From Patescibacteria group bacterium (GTDB lineage Bacteria > Patescibacteriota > Minisyncoccia > Minisyncoccales > Staskawiczbacteraceae): 50,628 nt of DNA. This document shows positions 35,757 through 45,581 of this stretch, in pieces. A model generated the notes under the pieces. It was not told where the DNA came from and searched no databases. It was given only the letters and a program-made list of their open reading frames with translations. How positions within the stretch are numbered: the first letter of the stretch is position 1; each line of letters opens with the position of its first letter. The position numbers and the translations under genes are program-made. The DNA is taken from NCBI GenBank assembly GCA_018895235.1, contig JAHIOM010000036.1:1-50628 (forward strand). The letters run 5' to 3'.

Positions 35757-36971
35757 ATGCCGCGCTATTCCTATATCGCAAAAGATTTTAAAGGGAAAAT
35801 AAAATCAGGGATTTTAGAAGCTGAAAATGAATCGGCTCTTACCCAAATCCTCAAAGATAAAGGATATTTTTTGATTAAAACGGACACTGGGACAATTCCT
35901 AAAAAAAGATTTGAGATTCATTTGCCGTTTTTTAATCATATTTCTTTGGTTGAAAAATTAATGTTTACCAACAATCTTCAACTTATGGTTAGCGCTGGAG
36001 TGTCTTTGCCTCGCGCCATCCGTATTTTATCGGAACATACTGAAAACAAAAAATTTAAGAAGATTCTTTGGGAAATTTCAGAAAAAATCACTAAAGGGAA
36101 TAATCTTTCCGAATCTTTGCTGGACTACCCCAATGTCTTTCCTGAGATATTTTTCCGTATGATAGAAGTAGGTGAGGAATCGGGAACATTGGAAAAGGTT
36201 TTAGATATTTTGGCGAAACAAATGGAAAAAGATCACGAATTAAAATCTAGAGTAAGGGGCGCCATGATTTATCCTGCCGTAGTGTTTTCTTTTATGTTTG
36301 TTATTGGTATTGTGATGATGATTATGGTTGTGCCAAAATTTTCAGAAATGTTTAACAGCCTTGGAATTACACTTCCTCTTACTACGCAAATACTCATCTT
36401 TGTCGGAAATTTATTAGCAAATTATTGGTACACGCTTCCAATAATTTTTTGTCTTTTATTCCTATTTTTACGTTTTGCTCTAAAAACGAACTCGGGCAAA
36501 TTATTTTGGGACAAGTGGTCGCTGAAGATCCCCATCATAGGAGGGATTATTAAAAAAACCAACACCACTCAAACAGTAAGAACCCTTGGTTCGCTTATCG
36601 CTTCAGGGATGCCCATTGTTAGATCTTTAGAAATTGTTTCAAAAACCTTGGGAAATATTTATTATAAAAAAGCTATTGCTGAAACCGGGGAAAAGGTGAA
36701 AAAGGGTTCCAGTTTGGCTGCGGCCCTTCAACAATACAAAAATCTTTACCCTCAACTGGTTATTCAAATAACTGAAATTGGAGAAGAAACAGGTAAAACA
36801 TCAGTTGTTTTGGGAAAAATCGCTGAATTCTTTGAAAAAGATATTGACAACATTACTAAAAATTTCTCTTCTATTATAGAACCGTTTTTAATTATCTTTA
36901 TTGGTCTTGCCGTCGGATTTTTCGCTTTATCTATAATCCAACCTCTTTATAGTATGTTGGGTGCAGTATGA
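35757..36971 (+). CDS. pilC: Type IV pilus platform protein (PilC/GspF)
   Basis: GEESGTL, GAMIYP, GEETG, IIEP. Confidence 0.9.
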   Translation: MPRYSYIAKDFKGKIKSGILEAENESALTQILKDKGYFLIKTDTGTIPKKRFEIHLPFFNHISLVEKLMFTNNLQLMVSAGVSLPRAIRILSEHTENKKFKKILWEISEKITKGNNLSESLLDYPNVFPEIFFRMIEVGEESGTLEKVLDILAKQMEKDHELKSRVRGAMIYPAVVFSFMFVIGIVMMIMVVPKFSEMFNSLGITLPLTTQILIFVGNLLANYWYTLPIIFCLLFLFLRFALKTNSGKLFWDKWSLKIPIIGGIIKKTNTTQTVRTLGSLIASGMPIVRSLEIVSKTLGNIYYKKAIAETGEKVKKGSSLAAALQQYKNLYPQLVIQITEIGEETGKTSVVLGKIAEFFEKDIDNITKNFSSIIEPFLIIFIGLAVGFFALSIIQPLYSMLGAV

Positions 36972-37408
36972 AAAACACCAACGCTTTTTCTTTAATAGAA
37001 CTTTTAGTTACTCTAGCGGTTATTTGTATTATAATCGGCATCGCTATTCCTACTTATATAACTCTCAGGCCTGATATTCAGTTAAACGAATCGGCTAGGG
37101 ATTTTATAACCGACCTTCGTTACGCCCAACAAATGACAATAACAGAACAAATTGAATATTGCGCCAAGCTTTTTTTATTAGAAAGAAAATATCAGATACT
37201 TCAGTGCGACCAGAGTATTGTTGTCTTAGAGAAAAAGTTCCCAAACGAAATCATAGACGTCAGTGTTACTGGCTTCAGCAACAACGAAATAAGGTTTAAC
37301 CCTTACGGAGCGGTAAAGGAAAGTGGAAGTATATTTTTAAAAAACACCAAAGATAATATAAAAACCATTGAAGTCAAACCCTCTGGCTTTATAAAGATGG
37401 GGGATTGA
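36968..37408 (+). CDS. FimT/GspH-like minor pilin
   Basis: A|FSLIELL prepilin motif. Confidence 0.8.
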   Translation: MKNTNAFSLIELLVTLAVICIIIGIAIPTYITLRPDIQLNESARDFITDLRYAQQMTITEQIEYCAKLFLLERKYQILQCDQSIVVLEKKFPNEIIDVSVTGFSNNEIRFNPYGAVKESGSIFLKNTKDNIKTIEVKPSGFIKMGD

Positions 37409-37466
37409 CAAAAATGAAAAATTCCGGAAATGAAAAATAAAAAATCTTATCTTCACAACGGGTTTA

Positions 37467-37566
37467 CCCTTCACCTTTTATTTTTTATATGAACCTTAGA
37501 AAAAGTAAAATTAATAAACAATCAAAATATCGCTTTTTTCATAACGCCATTAAAAAAGGTGAAGGG
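37467..37566. mobile_element. MITE-like insertion in the pilin leader
   Basis: 13-bp terminal IR CCCTTCACCTTTT/AAAAGGTGAAGGG; GGGTTTAC duplicated, net 104 bp. Confidence 0.7.
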
Positions 37567-37956
37567 TTTACATTAATTGAATTGCTCGCAACAATTTTTG
37601 TTTTGACAGTTGGAATTTTAGCGATTCTGATTATGTTTCCCTTGGGAACAAAAATAATTAATTCTTCAAAAATGGCGGCAACGGGAATTCAATTAGGACA
37701 AGAAAAGATTGAGGAAATTATCTCTTTGTCTTACGAAGCGATTTCTGTGGAAGAAAATATTGAAGCCGAACTGCCTTCGCCATTCATTTATTATAGGCGT
37801 GAAACGCGAATAACTTATGTTGACCCATCATTAAATCTTCAGGAAATCAGCACTGATAAAGGGGTAAAAAAAGTGGAGGTTACGGTCTCTTGGCAGTCGT
37901 CTTTAGTAACAAGCAGAAAAAGCGTTGAATTAACGACCATCATCAGTAAAAAATAG
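37489..37956 (+). CDS. PilV-like minor pilin with leader rebuilt by an insertion
   Basis: G|FTLIELL; orphaned ancestral-looking leader MKNKKSYLHNGFT at 37430-37468. Confidence 0.8.
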   Translation: MNLRKSKINKQSKYRFFHNAIKKGEGFTLIELLATIFVLTVGILAILIMFPLGTKIINSSKMAATGIQLGQEKIEEIISLSYEAISVEENIEAELPSPFIYYRRETRITYVDPSLNLQEISTDKGVKKVEVTVSWQSSLVTSRKSVELTTIISKK

Positions 37957-37974
37957 AAATAACAAGCCATTTAT

Positions 37975-38028
37975 ATAATTACTTCATTCGGTCGTCCGCC
38001 CTAGGCGGGTTTCCTCATTCGTAATTAT
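37975..38028. repeat. Short element with terminal IR ATAATTAC/GTAATTAT
   Basis: Internal CCGCC-CTA-GGCGG hairpin and TCATTCG direct repeat; right end overlaps ATG 38027. Confidence 0.55.
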
Positions 38029-38911
38029 GAAAAAACTGCTTTTTGGGGAAAAATTAAATAAGGAATTTACCCCGGTTGAATGCCAGCGGGCAATTCCGCC
38101 AAAGCGGAATTATTCAACTGGGTTTACGCTCACAGAAATCATTATTGTCACCGCAATTTTTACGATAATTGCTGGAGTTATTTTTTCAGCTATTATTTAC
38201 AGCCAAAAATCCTATGCGCTCGGAGGGAACGTCGCCCAAAGCATCCAAAACGGCAGGGTAATTATAGAAAGAATATCAAGGGAAATCCGTCAGGCAAAAA
38301 AAATTATTACCCCTTTGCCGGAGGAAAGAATTAACCCTTCCGGTGAAATTAATTTCCAGGACGGCCACCTGTTAGAGATTTTGGAAGAAGACCAGGCACA
38401 AGGAGGAAGTAATAATACAATTACCCTGTCTTTAAACGCCCAGAATAGCAATGATTATTACAAAGATTTTTTTATTAAAATAATAAGCGGCTCTGGAAGC
38501 GAACAAATAAGAAAGATTACAAATTATGACGGGATTTCAAAAACAGCGCAGGTAGACCAAAATTGGACAATTACTCCGGATGTTACCTCGTTTTATAAAA
38601 TAGACAGTTCTTTTTATTACATCCATTACTATCGCGACGCAAATAATAATATTTTAAGGAAGGTGACTACCTGCTGTTTTTCAGAGGACTTTTTAACATG
38701 CGTTTCCCCCGAAACCTACGTTTCTTGTATTGCAACTCCGCCGGAGAACCAGACCCTTTTGGAAATAGCTTTGGAATCTCCCAGAATAATTGGCGAATAC
38801 GTCAGTAATTTGGAATTTTACGGCGCAAGAGTCATTAATATCTTTATGGAACTGAATATAAAAAACCAAACTATGCAATTAGAAACCAAAATATTCGGCA
38901 GAAATTTATGA
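38027..38911 (+). CDS. PilW-like minor pilin with in-frame palindrome in the leader
   Basis: EFT-PVECQRAIPPKRNYSTG-FTLTEII. Confidence 0.8.
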   Translation: MKKLLFGEKLNKEFTPVECQRAIPPKRNYSTGFTLTEIIIVTAIFTIIAGVIFSAIIYSQKSYALGGNVAQSIQNGRVIIERISREIRQAKKIITPLPEERINPSGEINFQDGHLLEILEEDQAQGGSNNTITLSLNAQNSNDYYKDFFIKIISGSGSEQIRKITNYDGISKTAQVDQNWTITPDVTSFYKIDSSFYYIHYYRDANNNILRKVTTCCFSEDFLTCVSPETYVSCIATPPENQTLLEIALESPRIIGEYVSNLEFYGARVINIFMELNIKNQTMQLETKIFGRNL

Positions 38912-40404
38912 TAAGAAACCAGCGGAAAAAAGGAACTATTCTAATTTCCGAGCGAAGCGAGAAAACAAGATTCTGCCAAATAGAGAGAGGCACGGCTCTT
39001 ATTATCGCTTTTTTGGCAATGAGTATACTTTTTATCTTGGGCTCGTATTTGCTGGTTTTTACTTTAACTGATTTTAAAATATCAAAAAGCCAGAAATCGG
39101 GAATTAAAACATATTACTTGGCAGAAGCCGGAATAAATGAGGCGATTTGGAAACTAAAAAATGATGACACCACATCCGACGGCGACAGCGCCTGGAAGCT
39201 CGACTTTATTGATTTAAATAAAAACCCTTATCCTGATGGAAGTTACTGGCAAGCATCTTTTTCCCGCGACTTCGGCGGCGGTTCTTATGCGATTACCATT
39301 AAAAATATTAGTCGGGGCAAAGGCGAAATAATTTCTACTGCCATCCTGTCTCTTCCTGAAAGTAAAACCAGCCGCAGAGTTGTAAAAACTACTGTTTTTA
39401 AGGCGCTTGCGAGCCCGGTAAAAGACAGCGCTGTTTTTACCGGCGGTCCCAGCGAGAATATTAACATTAACTTCAGCAATGTAAAAGTGGATAAGGGTAA
39501 TCTTTTTTCAAATAATAATTTAAATATTTTTTTCAGCACAATAGGGGTTTACGATGACCCTAAGACAGAGGATATTTTGGAGGGACAAATTTGGGCGGCT
39601 AATAATTATATTAATATTTCCAGCTCAATAACCGCCCAGGCAATATGCGCAAAAAACTCTTGTACTCTAAAGTGTCCCGATTATACTCTCGGTGAAACAA
39701 AATGCCCGCCAGCCTCTGTTTCTGTTCCTGTGGTTGATTTTGATTCTGCAAGCCCTCATTCTTTTAAAAGCAGGGCTCAGGCGGCTGAAAATTCCGGGCA
39801 ATGCCAGGCGCTTTGCAACGGAATCCCGTGTTCTAACCAGTGTGTTTATTCGACAAACGAATTTGAAGATATTTTGTGGCAAGCAGGACAGGGAGGAACC
39901 TTAACATTGAATAACGTTATTACTTATGTTACGGGTTTTGTTGATATAAAAGGAGGCCGTTATGTTATAGTTAATGGTTCTTTGGTAGTTGATGATAACG
40001 TTTATATCGGGGAAAGATATTCTTGGACGCGGCAGGGGAAAAAGGATAGCGGATTTTCCCAAATAACCGTAAATAGTCCTGGAGAAAACCTGCCCTCTGG
40101 AATTTTGACTAAAAGAAAAATAAATTTCGGATTGTATTGCGCCTTTCAGGAAATAAATATTACGGGCGTAATTTATGCTAATGACGAAATAAGAATAATC
40201 AGTGTTCCAACACCTTTTAACGTCGTAGGCGGAATAATCGGCAGAAAACTGTCCCTAACAAGTGTGTGGCAGTGGTTAAACATTGTTTTAAATAATGATA
40301 TAATTATATATGGTCTGGGCTATAAGATAGATGATGCTCCCGTCAGCCCGGACTCAACATTCTCTCCGGTAATCACAATAGATCATTGGGAGGAAAGTTA
40401 CTAA
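38908..40404 (+). CDS. PilX-like protein
   Basis: G(T)ALII start, TYYLAEAGINEA, HWEE end. Confidence 0.75.
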   Translation: MIRNQRKKGTILISERSEKTRFCQIERGTALIIAFLAMSILFILGSYLLVFTLTDFKISKSQKSGIKTYYLAEAGINEAIWKLKNDDTTSDGDSAWKLDFIDLNKNPYPDGSYWQASFSRDFGGGSYAITIKNISRGKGEIISTAILSLPESKTSRRVVKTTVFKALASPVKDSAVFTGGPSENININFSNVKVDKGNLFSNNNLNIFFSTIGVYDDPKTEDILEGQIWAANNYINISSSITAQAICAKNSCTLKCPDYTLGETKCPPASVSVPVVDFDSASPHSFKSRAQAAENSGQCQALCNGIPCSNQCVYSTNEFEDILWQAGQGGTLTLNNVITYVTGFVDIKGGRYVIVNGSLVVDDNVYIGERYSWTRQGKKDSGFSQITVNSPGENLPSGILTKRKINFGLYCAFQEINITGVIYANDEIRIISVPTPFNVVGGIIGRKLSLTSVWQWLNIVLNNDIIIYGLGYKIDDAPVSPDSTFSPVITIDHWEESY

Positions 40405-40422
40405 TTGCGGTTTCTTAAATTT

Positions 40423-41538
40423 ATGTTTAATTCTTTAAATATAAATCCAACGGCATTTGGCCTGGATGTCTCTAATTCATCTATAAAAATTATCCAACTT
40501 AAAAAAAGCGGGAAGCTTTTTAAATTAGTTTCCTGGGGGGAAACGCAAATAGAGCCAGGTGTGATTGAAAATGGAGAAATAAAAAACGAAGATAAATTTC
40601 TTGGACTTTTGAAGCAGGCAATAAGAAATGTCAAAGGGAAAAAAATAAAAACAAAGAACGCCGTTGTCTCCTTATTGGAGAAAAAAACATTCTTAGGGAT
40701 AATCCAACTGCCAATGATGACAAAAGAAGAACTGCGGTCCGCTATTACATTCCAAGCAGAGAACTATATTCCTTTACCTATAAATGAAGTATATTTTGAT
40801 TTTCAAGTTATCCCGCTTGATTCAAAAATTAAAGATCGCTGTGACGTTCTATTAATTGCTTTCCCTAAAAAAATCATAGATCAGTATCTGACAATTTTTA
40901 AAAAAGCCGGTATTTTACCCATAGCGCTTGAAACTGAATCTCAAGCGATAACCCGCGTTTTATCAAAAAACAATGCAGAGGGTTCTTCCTTTTTTGTGAT
41001 TAATTTTGGTAAAAGCAACACGATTTTTGCGGCATTTTCAGATCACTCGCTACACTTCAGTTCATCAATACCAATCTCTTCGCAAGACCTAACAAAAGCC
41101 ATCTCTCAGTCGCTTAAAGTTAAACTAGAAGAAGCGGAAAAATTAAAATTAAAATACGGCTTAAGGGCTTCTCAAGGTTCTAAAAAAGAGGGAGAAGAAG
41201 TTTCCAAAGCGATAGAGCCGATTTTTAACGATTTATGTAAGCAAGTAAAAAAATACATCAGTTATTATCGAACTTACGGTTATCCTGAATATTCGAATGC
41301 TGACGAAAATAATACAAAAAGCAAAAAAATAGAAAAAATTATTCTTTGCGGAGAAGGAGCAAACCTAAGGGGACTACACGATTTCTTCTCCTCGAGATTG
41401 GAAATACCGATAAAATTAGCGAATCCATGGTTAAATATTTTTAAAAAAGAAAGCGTTAGCCTGCCGTTAAAGGAGCCGCTGGGGTATGTTGTTGCTTTAG
41501 GGTTAGCCCTGAGAATAACGGAAAAAAATTATGATTAA
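40423..41538 (+). CDS. pilM: Type IV pilus assembly protein PilM
   Basis: FGLDVSNSSIK, EVYFDFQV, GEGANL, ALGLALR. Confidence 0.9.
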   Translation: MFNSLNINPTAFGLDVSNSSIKIIQLKKSGKLFKLVSWGETQIEPGVIENGEIKNEDKFLGLLKQAIRNVKGKKIKTKNAVVSLLEKKTFLGIIQLPMMTKEELRSAITFQAENYIPLPINEVYFDFQVIPLDSKIKDRCDVLLIAFPKKIIDQYLTIFKKAGILPIALETESQAITRVLSKNNAEGSSFFVINFGKSNTIFAAFSDHSLHFSSSIPISSQDLTKAISQSLKVKLEEAEKLKLKYGLRASQGSKKEGEEVSKAIEPIFNDLCKQVKKYISYYRTYGYPEYSNADENNTKSKKIEKIILCGEGANLRGLHDFFSSRLEIPIKLANPWLNIFKKESVSLPLKEPLGYVVALGLALRITEKNYD

Positions 41539-42109
41539 TCTTTTACCACCGAAAGCAAAAGAGGAAATTTTACTGGAAAGAAAAAAAAGAGTGGTTTTGT
41601 CAAATTGGATTTTAGTCCTGTTGTTTTTTGTATTTTTGCTTTCCGCGATGTTTTTAATAAAATTTTATTTGCAAATACAAACAACTTATTTAAAAGCGCA
41701 ATTAGTAACCAACAAGCAAATTTTAGAGAGAAATATGAATGAAGAAATTCTCAATAAGATTAATCTATTTGATTCCTCTTTTGAAGAATTAAACGCTTTT
41801 TATAGACAAAGAATATATATTTCTGAGGTTTTAGCAAAAATTTCCCGACTACTTCCTAATACGGTGTATCTGACAAATTTTTTTGTTTCTCCAAATTTGG
41901 TGCTTGAGAATAATGATGATGAATTAAACCAACTGGTTGGTTTTAATATCTATGTTGCCGGATTCTCGCCAACAAGGGAAGAAGTGCTTCAACTTAAGGC
42001 GAATATGGAGAAGGAGGAGGATTTTAAAGAGGTTTTCTTCCCCCTGACGAATTGGGTAAAAACAACGAACATTGACTTTTCTTTAAGTTTTAAAGTTATA
42101 AAGCCATGA
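41531..42109 (+). CDS. pilN: PilN-like protein
   Basis: MINLLP start, TM segment, operon position. Confidence 0.75.
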   Translation: MINLLPPKAKEEILLERKKRVVLSNWILVLLFFVFLLSAMFLIKFYLQIQTTYLKAQLVTNKQILERNMNEEILNKINLFDSSFEELNAFYRQRIYISEVLAKISRLLPNTVYLTNFFVSPNLVLENNDDELNQLVGFNIYVAGFSPTREEVLQLKANMEKEEDFKEVFFPLTNWVKTTNIDFSLSFKVIKP

Positions 42110-42651
42110 ATTTAAGAAAAAAGATATTTCTAATTTTTATAATCTTCGGAACGATAAGTATCGCTATTTTGGTTTTTATATTTTGGTATCTTTTCCCCGC
42201 CATAAAAGAAGCATCTAAAGAACTAACCTTGACAGAACTAAGTTTACTATCAACTAACAACGAACAATCAGAACAAATCAAGAATACCTATGAAAAAATG
42301 AAGCAAGACTATCAAAAAATTGGGGATCTTTTTTCAAATCCCACCACCCCTTTAAACTTAATCAGTTTTTGGGAGAAAATTACGGGAGAAGAAAAACTTA
42401 TTATGAAAATTTCTCCAATTACTATTAAAGAATACAAATATGACCTCTGGAAATTTTTAGGTTTTGAGATAACCCTTTCGGGGTATTTTGTTAACATTCA
42501 AAGATTTATAGAGAAAATAGAGAACAGCAAATATTTCTTTGAGATTAATAGTCTGGTTATTAAAAAGGATTCAACGGATCAAAAATTAGATGAAGTAACG
42601 GCTATTATACTATTAAAAACGTACACTAATCAAAATGAAGGACAAAACTAA
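42106..42651 (+). CDS. pilO: PilO-like protein
   Basis: TM segment, GYFVNIQRFIEKIEN, operon position. Confidence 0.65.
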   Translation: MNLRKKIFLIFIIFGTISIAILVFIFWYLFPAIKEASKELTLTELSLLSTNNEQSEQIKNTYEKMKQDYQKIGDLFSNPTTPLNLISFWEKITGEEKLIMKISPITIKEYKYDLWKFLGFEITLSGYFVNIQRFIEKIENSKYFFEINSLVIKKDSTDQKLDEVTAIILLKTYTNQNEGQN

Positions 42652-42928
42652 AAATATTTTAAGCCATCTTGGTAAAATCCCTGTTTTTCTGGCAGGACAT
42701 TTTCTTTTTTCTTTTTTTCTGGTCATTTTTTTCGTTATTTTTTTAGCGAATCTCTTATTTTATAAATATTATATTCTAAATCAAGAAATAACACCGAAAG
42801 CCGAGCAAGGACAAGTTGTCATTAATGAGAAAAGCCATAATGACCTTCTGAAGATATGGGAAGAACAGGATGAAAAATTCCAAAATTCCGATTCGAAAAA
42901 TTATTCAGATCTTTTTAAAGTAAGATAA
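42635..42928 (+). CDS. Small membrane protein ending the pil operon
   Basis: Single TM segment, overlaps pilO. Confidence 0.55.
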   Translation: MKDKTKNILSHLGKIPVFLAGHFLFSFFLVIFFVIFLANLLFYKYYILNQEITPKAEQGQVVINEKSHNDLLKIWEEQDEKFQNSDSKNYSDLFKVR

Positions 42929-42957
42929 TTGTTGGCCGTGGCGGGGCAGAAATACAG

Positions 42958-43152
42958 ATGGAAAAAAATATGACAGTAAACGAAAAAGAATTATTAGAAA
43001 ACCCAGAAGTTTTAGCATCAATTTCTTCTATCGGAAATTGCGGCATCTGCCAAAAACCAATAACCAATGAGCATCCCGACGAAGTAAGAATGGTCGACGG
43101 CAAGCCCGTTCATGAAGATTGCTATTTTAACTTTGAGATTGCCTGGATGTGA
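42958..43152 (+). CDS. Small putative Zn-binding protein
   Basis: CGIC...HEDC. Confidence 0.45.
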   Translation: MEKNMTVNEKELLENPEVLASISSIGNCGICQKPITNEHPDEVRMVDGKPVHEDCYFNFEIAWM

Positions 43153-43237
43153 TTGTTTTTTTCTTTTTCGCCTCGTGAATCGGGGCGATTTTTATTATGG
43201 TAGTTTTTTTATTTATGTGATAGGATAGAGAATAAAA

Positions 43238-43630
43238 ATGCAAAATAATAATTTGAGGAAAAAAAATATCTTTTTGAGCGCGCAAAATGCTTGGAAAGGT
43301 TTTTGGACAGCTCTTATCCAAGAACCGGCTTTTAAATATATGGTGTTTTCGGCCCTGCTGGTTGTTGGAGCAATGCTTTATTTCCCGACAAGCAGAACAG
43401 AAAAAGCAGTGCTTTTGGCAATGATTTTTTCCGTACTTGGATTAGAAATGATTAATTCTATTATGGAGCGCTTTCTAGACTTTTTGCAGCCAAATCACGA
43501 TCCGCGAGTTAAAATAATCAAAGATTTGCTTTCAGGTTTTGTTTTTTTGATTGTTATAGGTTCGGCAATTATCGGTCTTCTTATTTTTTGGCCGCACCTT
43601 AAAACGCTTGTCAGTTTTTCTTCGTATTAA
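43238..43630 (+). CDS. Diacylglycerol/undecaprenol kinase family (DgkA)
   Basis: LEMINSIMERFLD, KIIKDL. Confidence 0.85.
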   Translation: MQNNNLRKKNIFLSAQNAWKGFWTALIQEPAFKYMVFSALLVVGAMLYFPTSRTEKAVLLAMIFSVLGLEMINSIMERFLDFLQPNHDPRVKIIKDLLSGFVFLIVIGSAIIGLLIFWPHLKTLVSFSSY

Positions 43631-43654
43631 AAAGGTTCTCGCCTTTATTTTTAT

Positions 43655-44089
43655 ATGAATAAAATAATTTTAATTATAATTTTAATAATAATTGTGGTTT
43701 TGGTGGTTTATTTTCTTTTTCCCAAACCGAAAACAGCAAGTACGCCAAACCAATTTAACATTCAGGGTATGAAAGTAGAAATTTTAAAAGAGGGGAGTGG
43801 AGTAGAGGCTAAAGTCGGTGATACGGTTTCTGTTCACTATGTGGGAACCTTAGAGAACGGCACGAAATTTGATTCAAGTATTAGTAGAGGCCAACCATTC
43901 TCTTTTACTTTAGGACAAAACAGGGTAATACAGGGCTGGGAAAAAGGAGTTTTGGAAATGAAAGTAGGGGAGAAGCGAAAATTAACAATACCTCCGGAAT
44001 TGGCTTATGGAAACCAGGGGGCTGGTGACGTAATTCCTCCAAACGCGACCTTAATATTCGAAGTGGAGTTATTGGGAATCAATCAGTAG
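43655..44089 (+). CDS. FKBP-type peptidyl-prolyl isomerase
   Basis: VHYVGTLENGTKFDSS, VIQGWEKG, IPPNATLIFEVEL. Confidence 0.95.
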   Translation: MNKIILIIILIIIVVLVVYFLFPKPKTASTPNQFNIQGMKVEILKEGSGVEAKVGDTVSVHYVGTLENGTKFDSSISRGQPFSFTLGQNRVIQGWEKGVLEMKVGEKRKLTIPPELAYGNQGAGDVIPPNATLIFEVELLGINQ

Positions 44090-44183
44090 TTGACAAAATT
44101 ACTTTGTTGCGCAAATATTAAGTAATTTTAAAATACTAATTAATAACAGTTAACCTTAAAATAAAACAAGCTAACCATAAAAT

Positions 44184-44408
44184 ATGAATAAATTATCTTT
44201 TTCATCCGCAGTTTTAGCAGTTAGTGGTTTTTTTATCAGTGCTACGCAGGCATTGGCAGCAATTTCCGGAGAAGAGTTAACAGCGAATCTTGCCTTAGCT
44301 GATTTTTTGGCAATTGGCTCAAGATGGTTTAATTACCTCTTGGCAGCGTTTATTGTCTTTATCGTTATTTATGGTATTTATTATTTTATAAAGAGAAAAA
44401 AGAAGTAG
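44184..44408 (+). CDS. Small membrane protein with signal peptide
   Basis: Signal peptide, C-terminal TM segment, basic tail; terminator follows. Confidence 0.6.
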   Translation: MNKLSFSSAVLAVSGFFISATQALAAISGEELTANLALADFLAIGSRWFNYLLAAFIVFIVIYGIYYFIKRKKK

Positions 44409-44489
44409 GTCTAAAATACGGATAAAAACAATGTACAAAAAAGCGGTGTATATTGCGCCGTTTTTTTTTATTTAACTGGGTAAATTTGT

Positions 44490-44527
44490 TTATCACTCTT
44501 GACTTCTGCAATAATTTGCAATAGAAT
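44490..44527 (+). promoter_or_regulatory. Promoter with one CIRCE-like half-site, upstream of HNH-grpE-dnaK-dnaJ
   Basis: TTATCACTC (8/9 to TTAGCACTC), then TTGACT-17 bp-TAGAAT; the right CIRCE half is poorly matched. Confidence 0.5.
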
Positions 44528-44537
44528 ATAGCAAACT

Positions 44538-45011
44538 ATGAATAAAAAAAATAACAAAAATTATTTTAATAAAGAATGGCTTTTAATGCAATACTGTGAA
44601 AAACATTTGTCTGTTTCAAAAATTGCTGATGAGTGCGAAGTTGGGTTCACAACAATTTCAAGATGGCTAGAAAGATTCGAAATTAGAGAAAAAAGACCAT
44701 ATAATGCTGATAGAAAAGGGGTAAAAGCTCCATTTTGGAGAGGAGGAAGATATAAAGATAATCATTCTGGCTATGTTTGGGTTTATAATCCTGAACATCC
44801 TTTATGCAATAAAAGGGGATATGTTCTAGAACATAGATTAGCGATGGAAAAATTTATAGGTAGACATTTGAGAGGTAACGAAATTATACATCATAAAAAC
44901 AAGAAAAAAGATGATAACAGAATCAACAATTTAGAAATTATTTTTATTGGCGAACCCAACTGCGGTAAAATCATTTGCCCGTTTTGTAATAAAGAGTTTA
45001 AAATGGGATAA
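44538..45011 (+). CDS. Free-standing HNH endonuclease with N-terminal HTH/NUMOD-like region
   Basis: YVLEHRLAMEK..EIIHHKN..DDNRINNL. Confidence 0.85.
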   Translation: MNKKNNKNYFNKEWLLMQYCEKHLSVSKIADECEVGFTTISRWLERFEIREKRPYNADRKGVKAPFWRGGRYKDNHSGYVWVYNPEHPLCNKRGYVLEHRLAMEKFIGRHLRGNEIIHHKNKKKDDNRINNLEIIFIGEPNCGKIICPFCNKEFKMG

Positions 45012-45043
45012 TTAATAATTTATACAAATAAGCTATAAATAAA

Positions 45044-45565
45044 ATGGACGAAGAAAAAAATATAAATAGCGCAGATATAAAAAAACTGAAAAAAGAACTA
45101 GAAGATTGCAAAGCAAAATGCGAGGAATATTTAGATGGCTGGAAAAGAGAAAGAGCTGACTTCCTCAATTACAAAAAAGAGGAAATGGAGAGAATCGTAG
45201 AATTAATAAAATATGCCAATGAGGAATTAATTTTAAAGATGCTGCCGATTTTGGATAATTTCTTGATAGCAGAGAAAAATATTCCAGAAGATATAAAAAA
45301 AGACAAAAACGTGGCAGGCCTCCTGCAAATTCACCAGCAATTAAGAGATTTTTTGAAATTACAGGGCATTGAAGAAATTAAGGCAGTAGGGGAGAAGTTT
45401 GACCCAAATTTCCACGAAGCAGTCGGCGAAACAAAGGTTACAGAAAACGGGGATCCGACCCCCGGAGAATCTAAGGAGCCAGGCATTATTATAGAAGAGA
45501 CCCAAAAGGGTTATATCTTGCAGGGAAAAGTAATAAGACCATCAAAAGTTAAAATTAATAAATAA
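45044..45565 (+). CDS. grpE: Nucleotide exchange factor GrpE
   Basis: [30 protein letters not shown]. Confidence 0.95.
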   Translation: MDEEKNINSADIKKLKKELEDCKAKCEEYLDGWKRERADFLNYKKEEMERIVELIKYANEELILKMLPILDNFLIAEKNIPEDIKKDKNVAGLLQIHQQLRDFLKLQGIEEIKAVGEKFDPNFHEAVGETKVTENGDPTPGESKEPGIIIEETQKGYILQGKVIRPSKVKINK

Positions 45566-45581
45566 TCTAAAGAGTAAAATT

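Noticed and set aside
36576-36600. AAGAACCCTTGGTTCGCT in pilC resembling family C
   Set aside because: It encodes the conserved PilC segment RTLGSLIASG and has no hairpin, so it is probably coincidence.
43633-43643. AGGTTCTCGCC fragment of family C
   Set aside because: An 11-mer only; it could be a relic but cannot be supported.
44490-44516. Complete CIRCE element
   Set aside because: Only the left half matches, so it is kept as a half-site only.
45448-45466. GGGG..CCCC mini-palindrome in grpE as another insertion
   Set aside because: The stem is only 4 bp, lies in a naturally variable loop and matches none of the repeat families.
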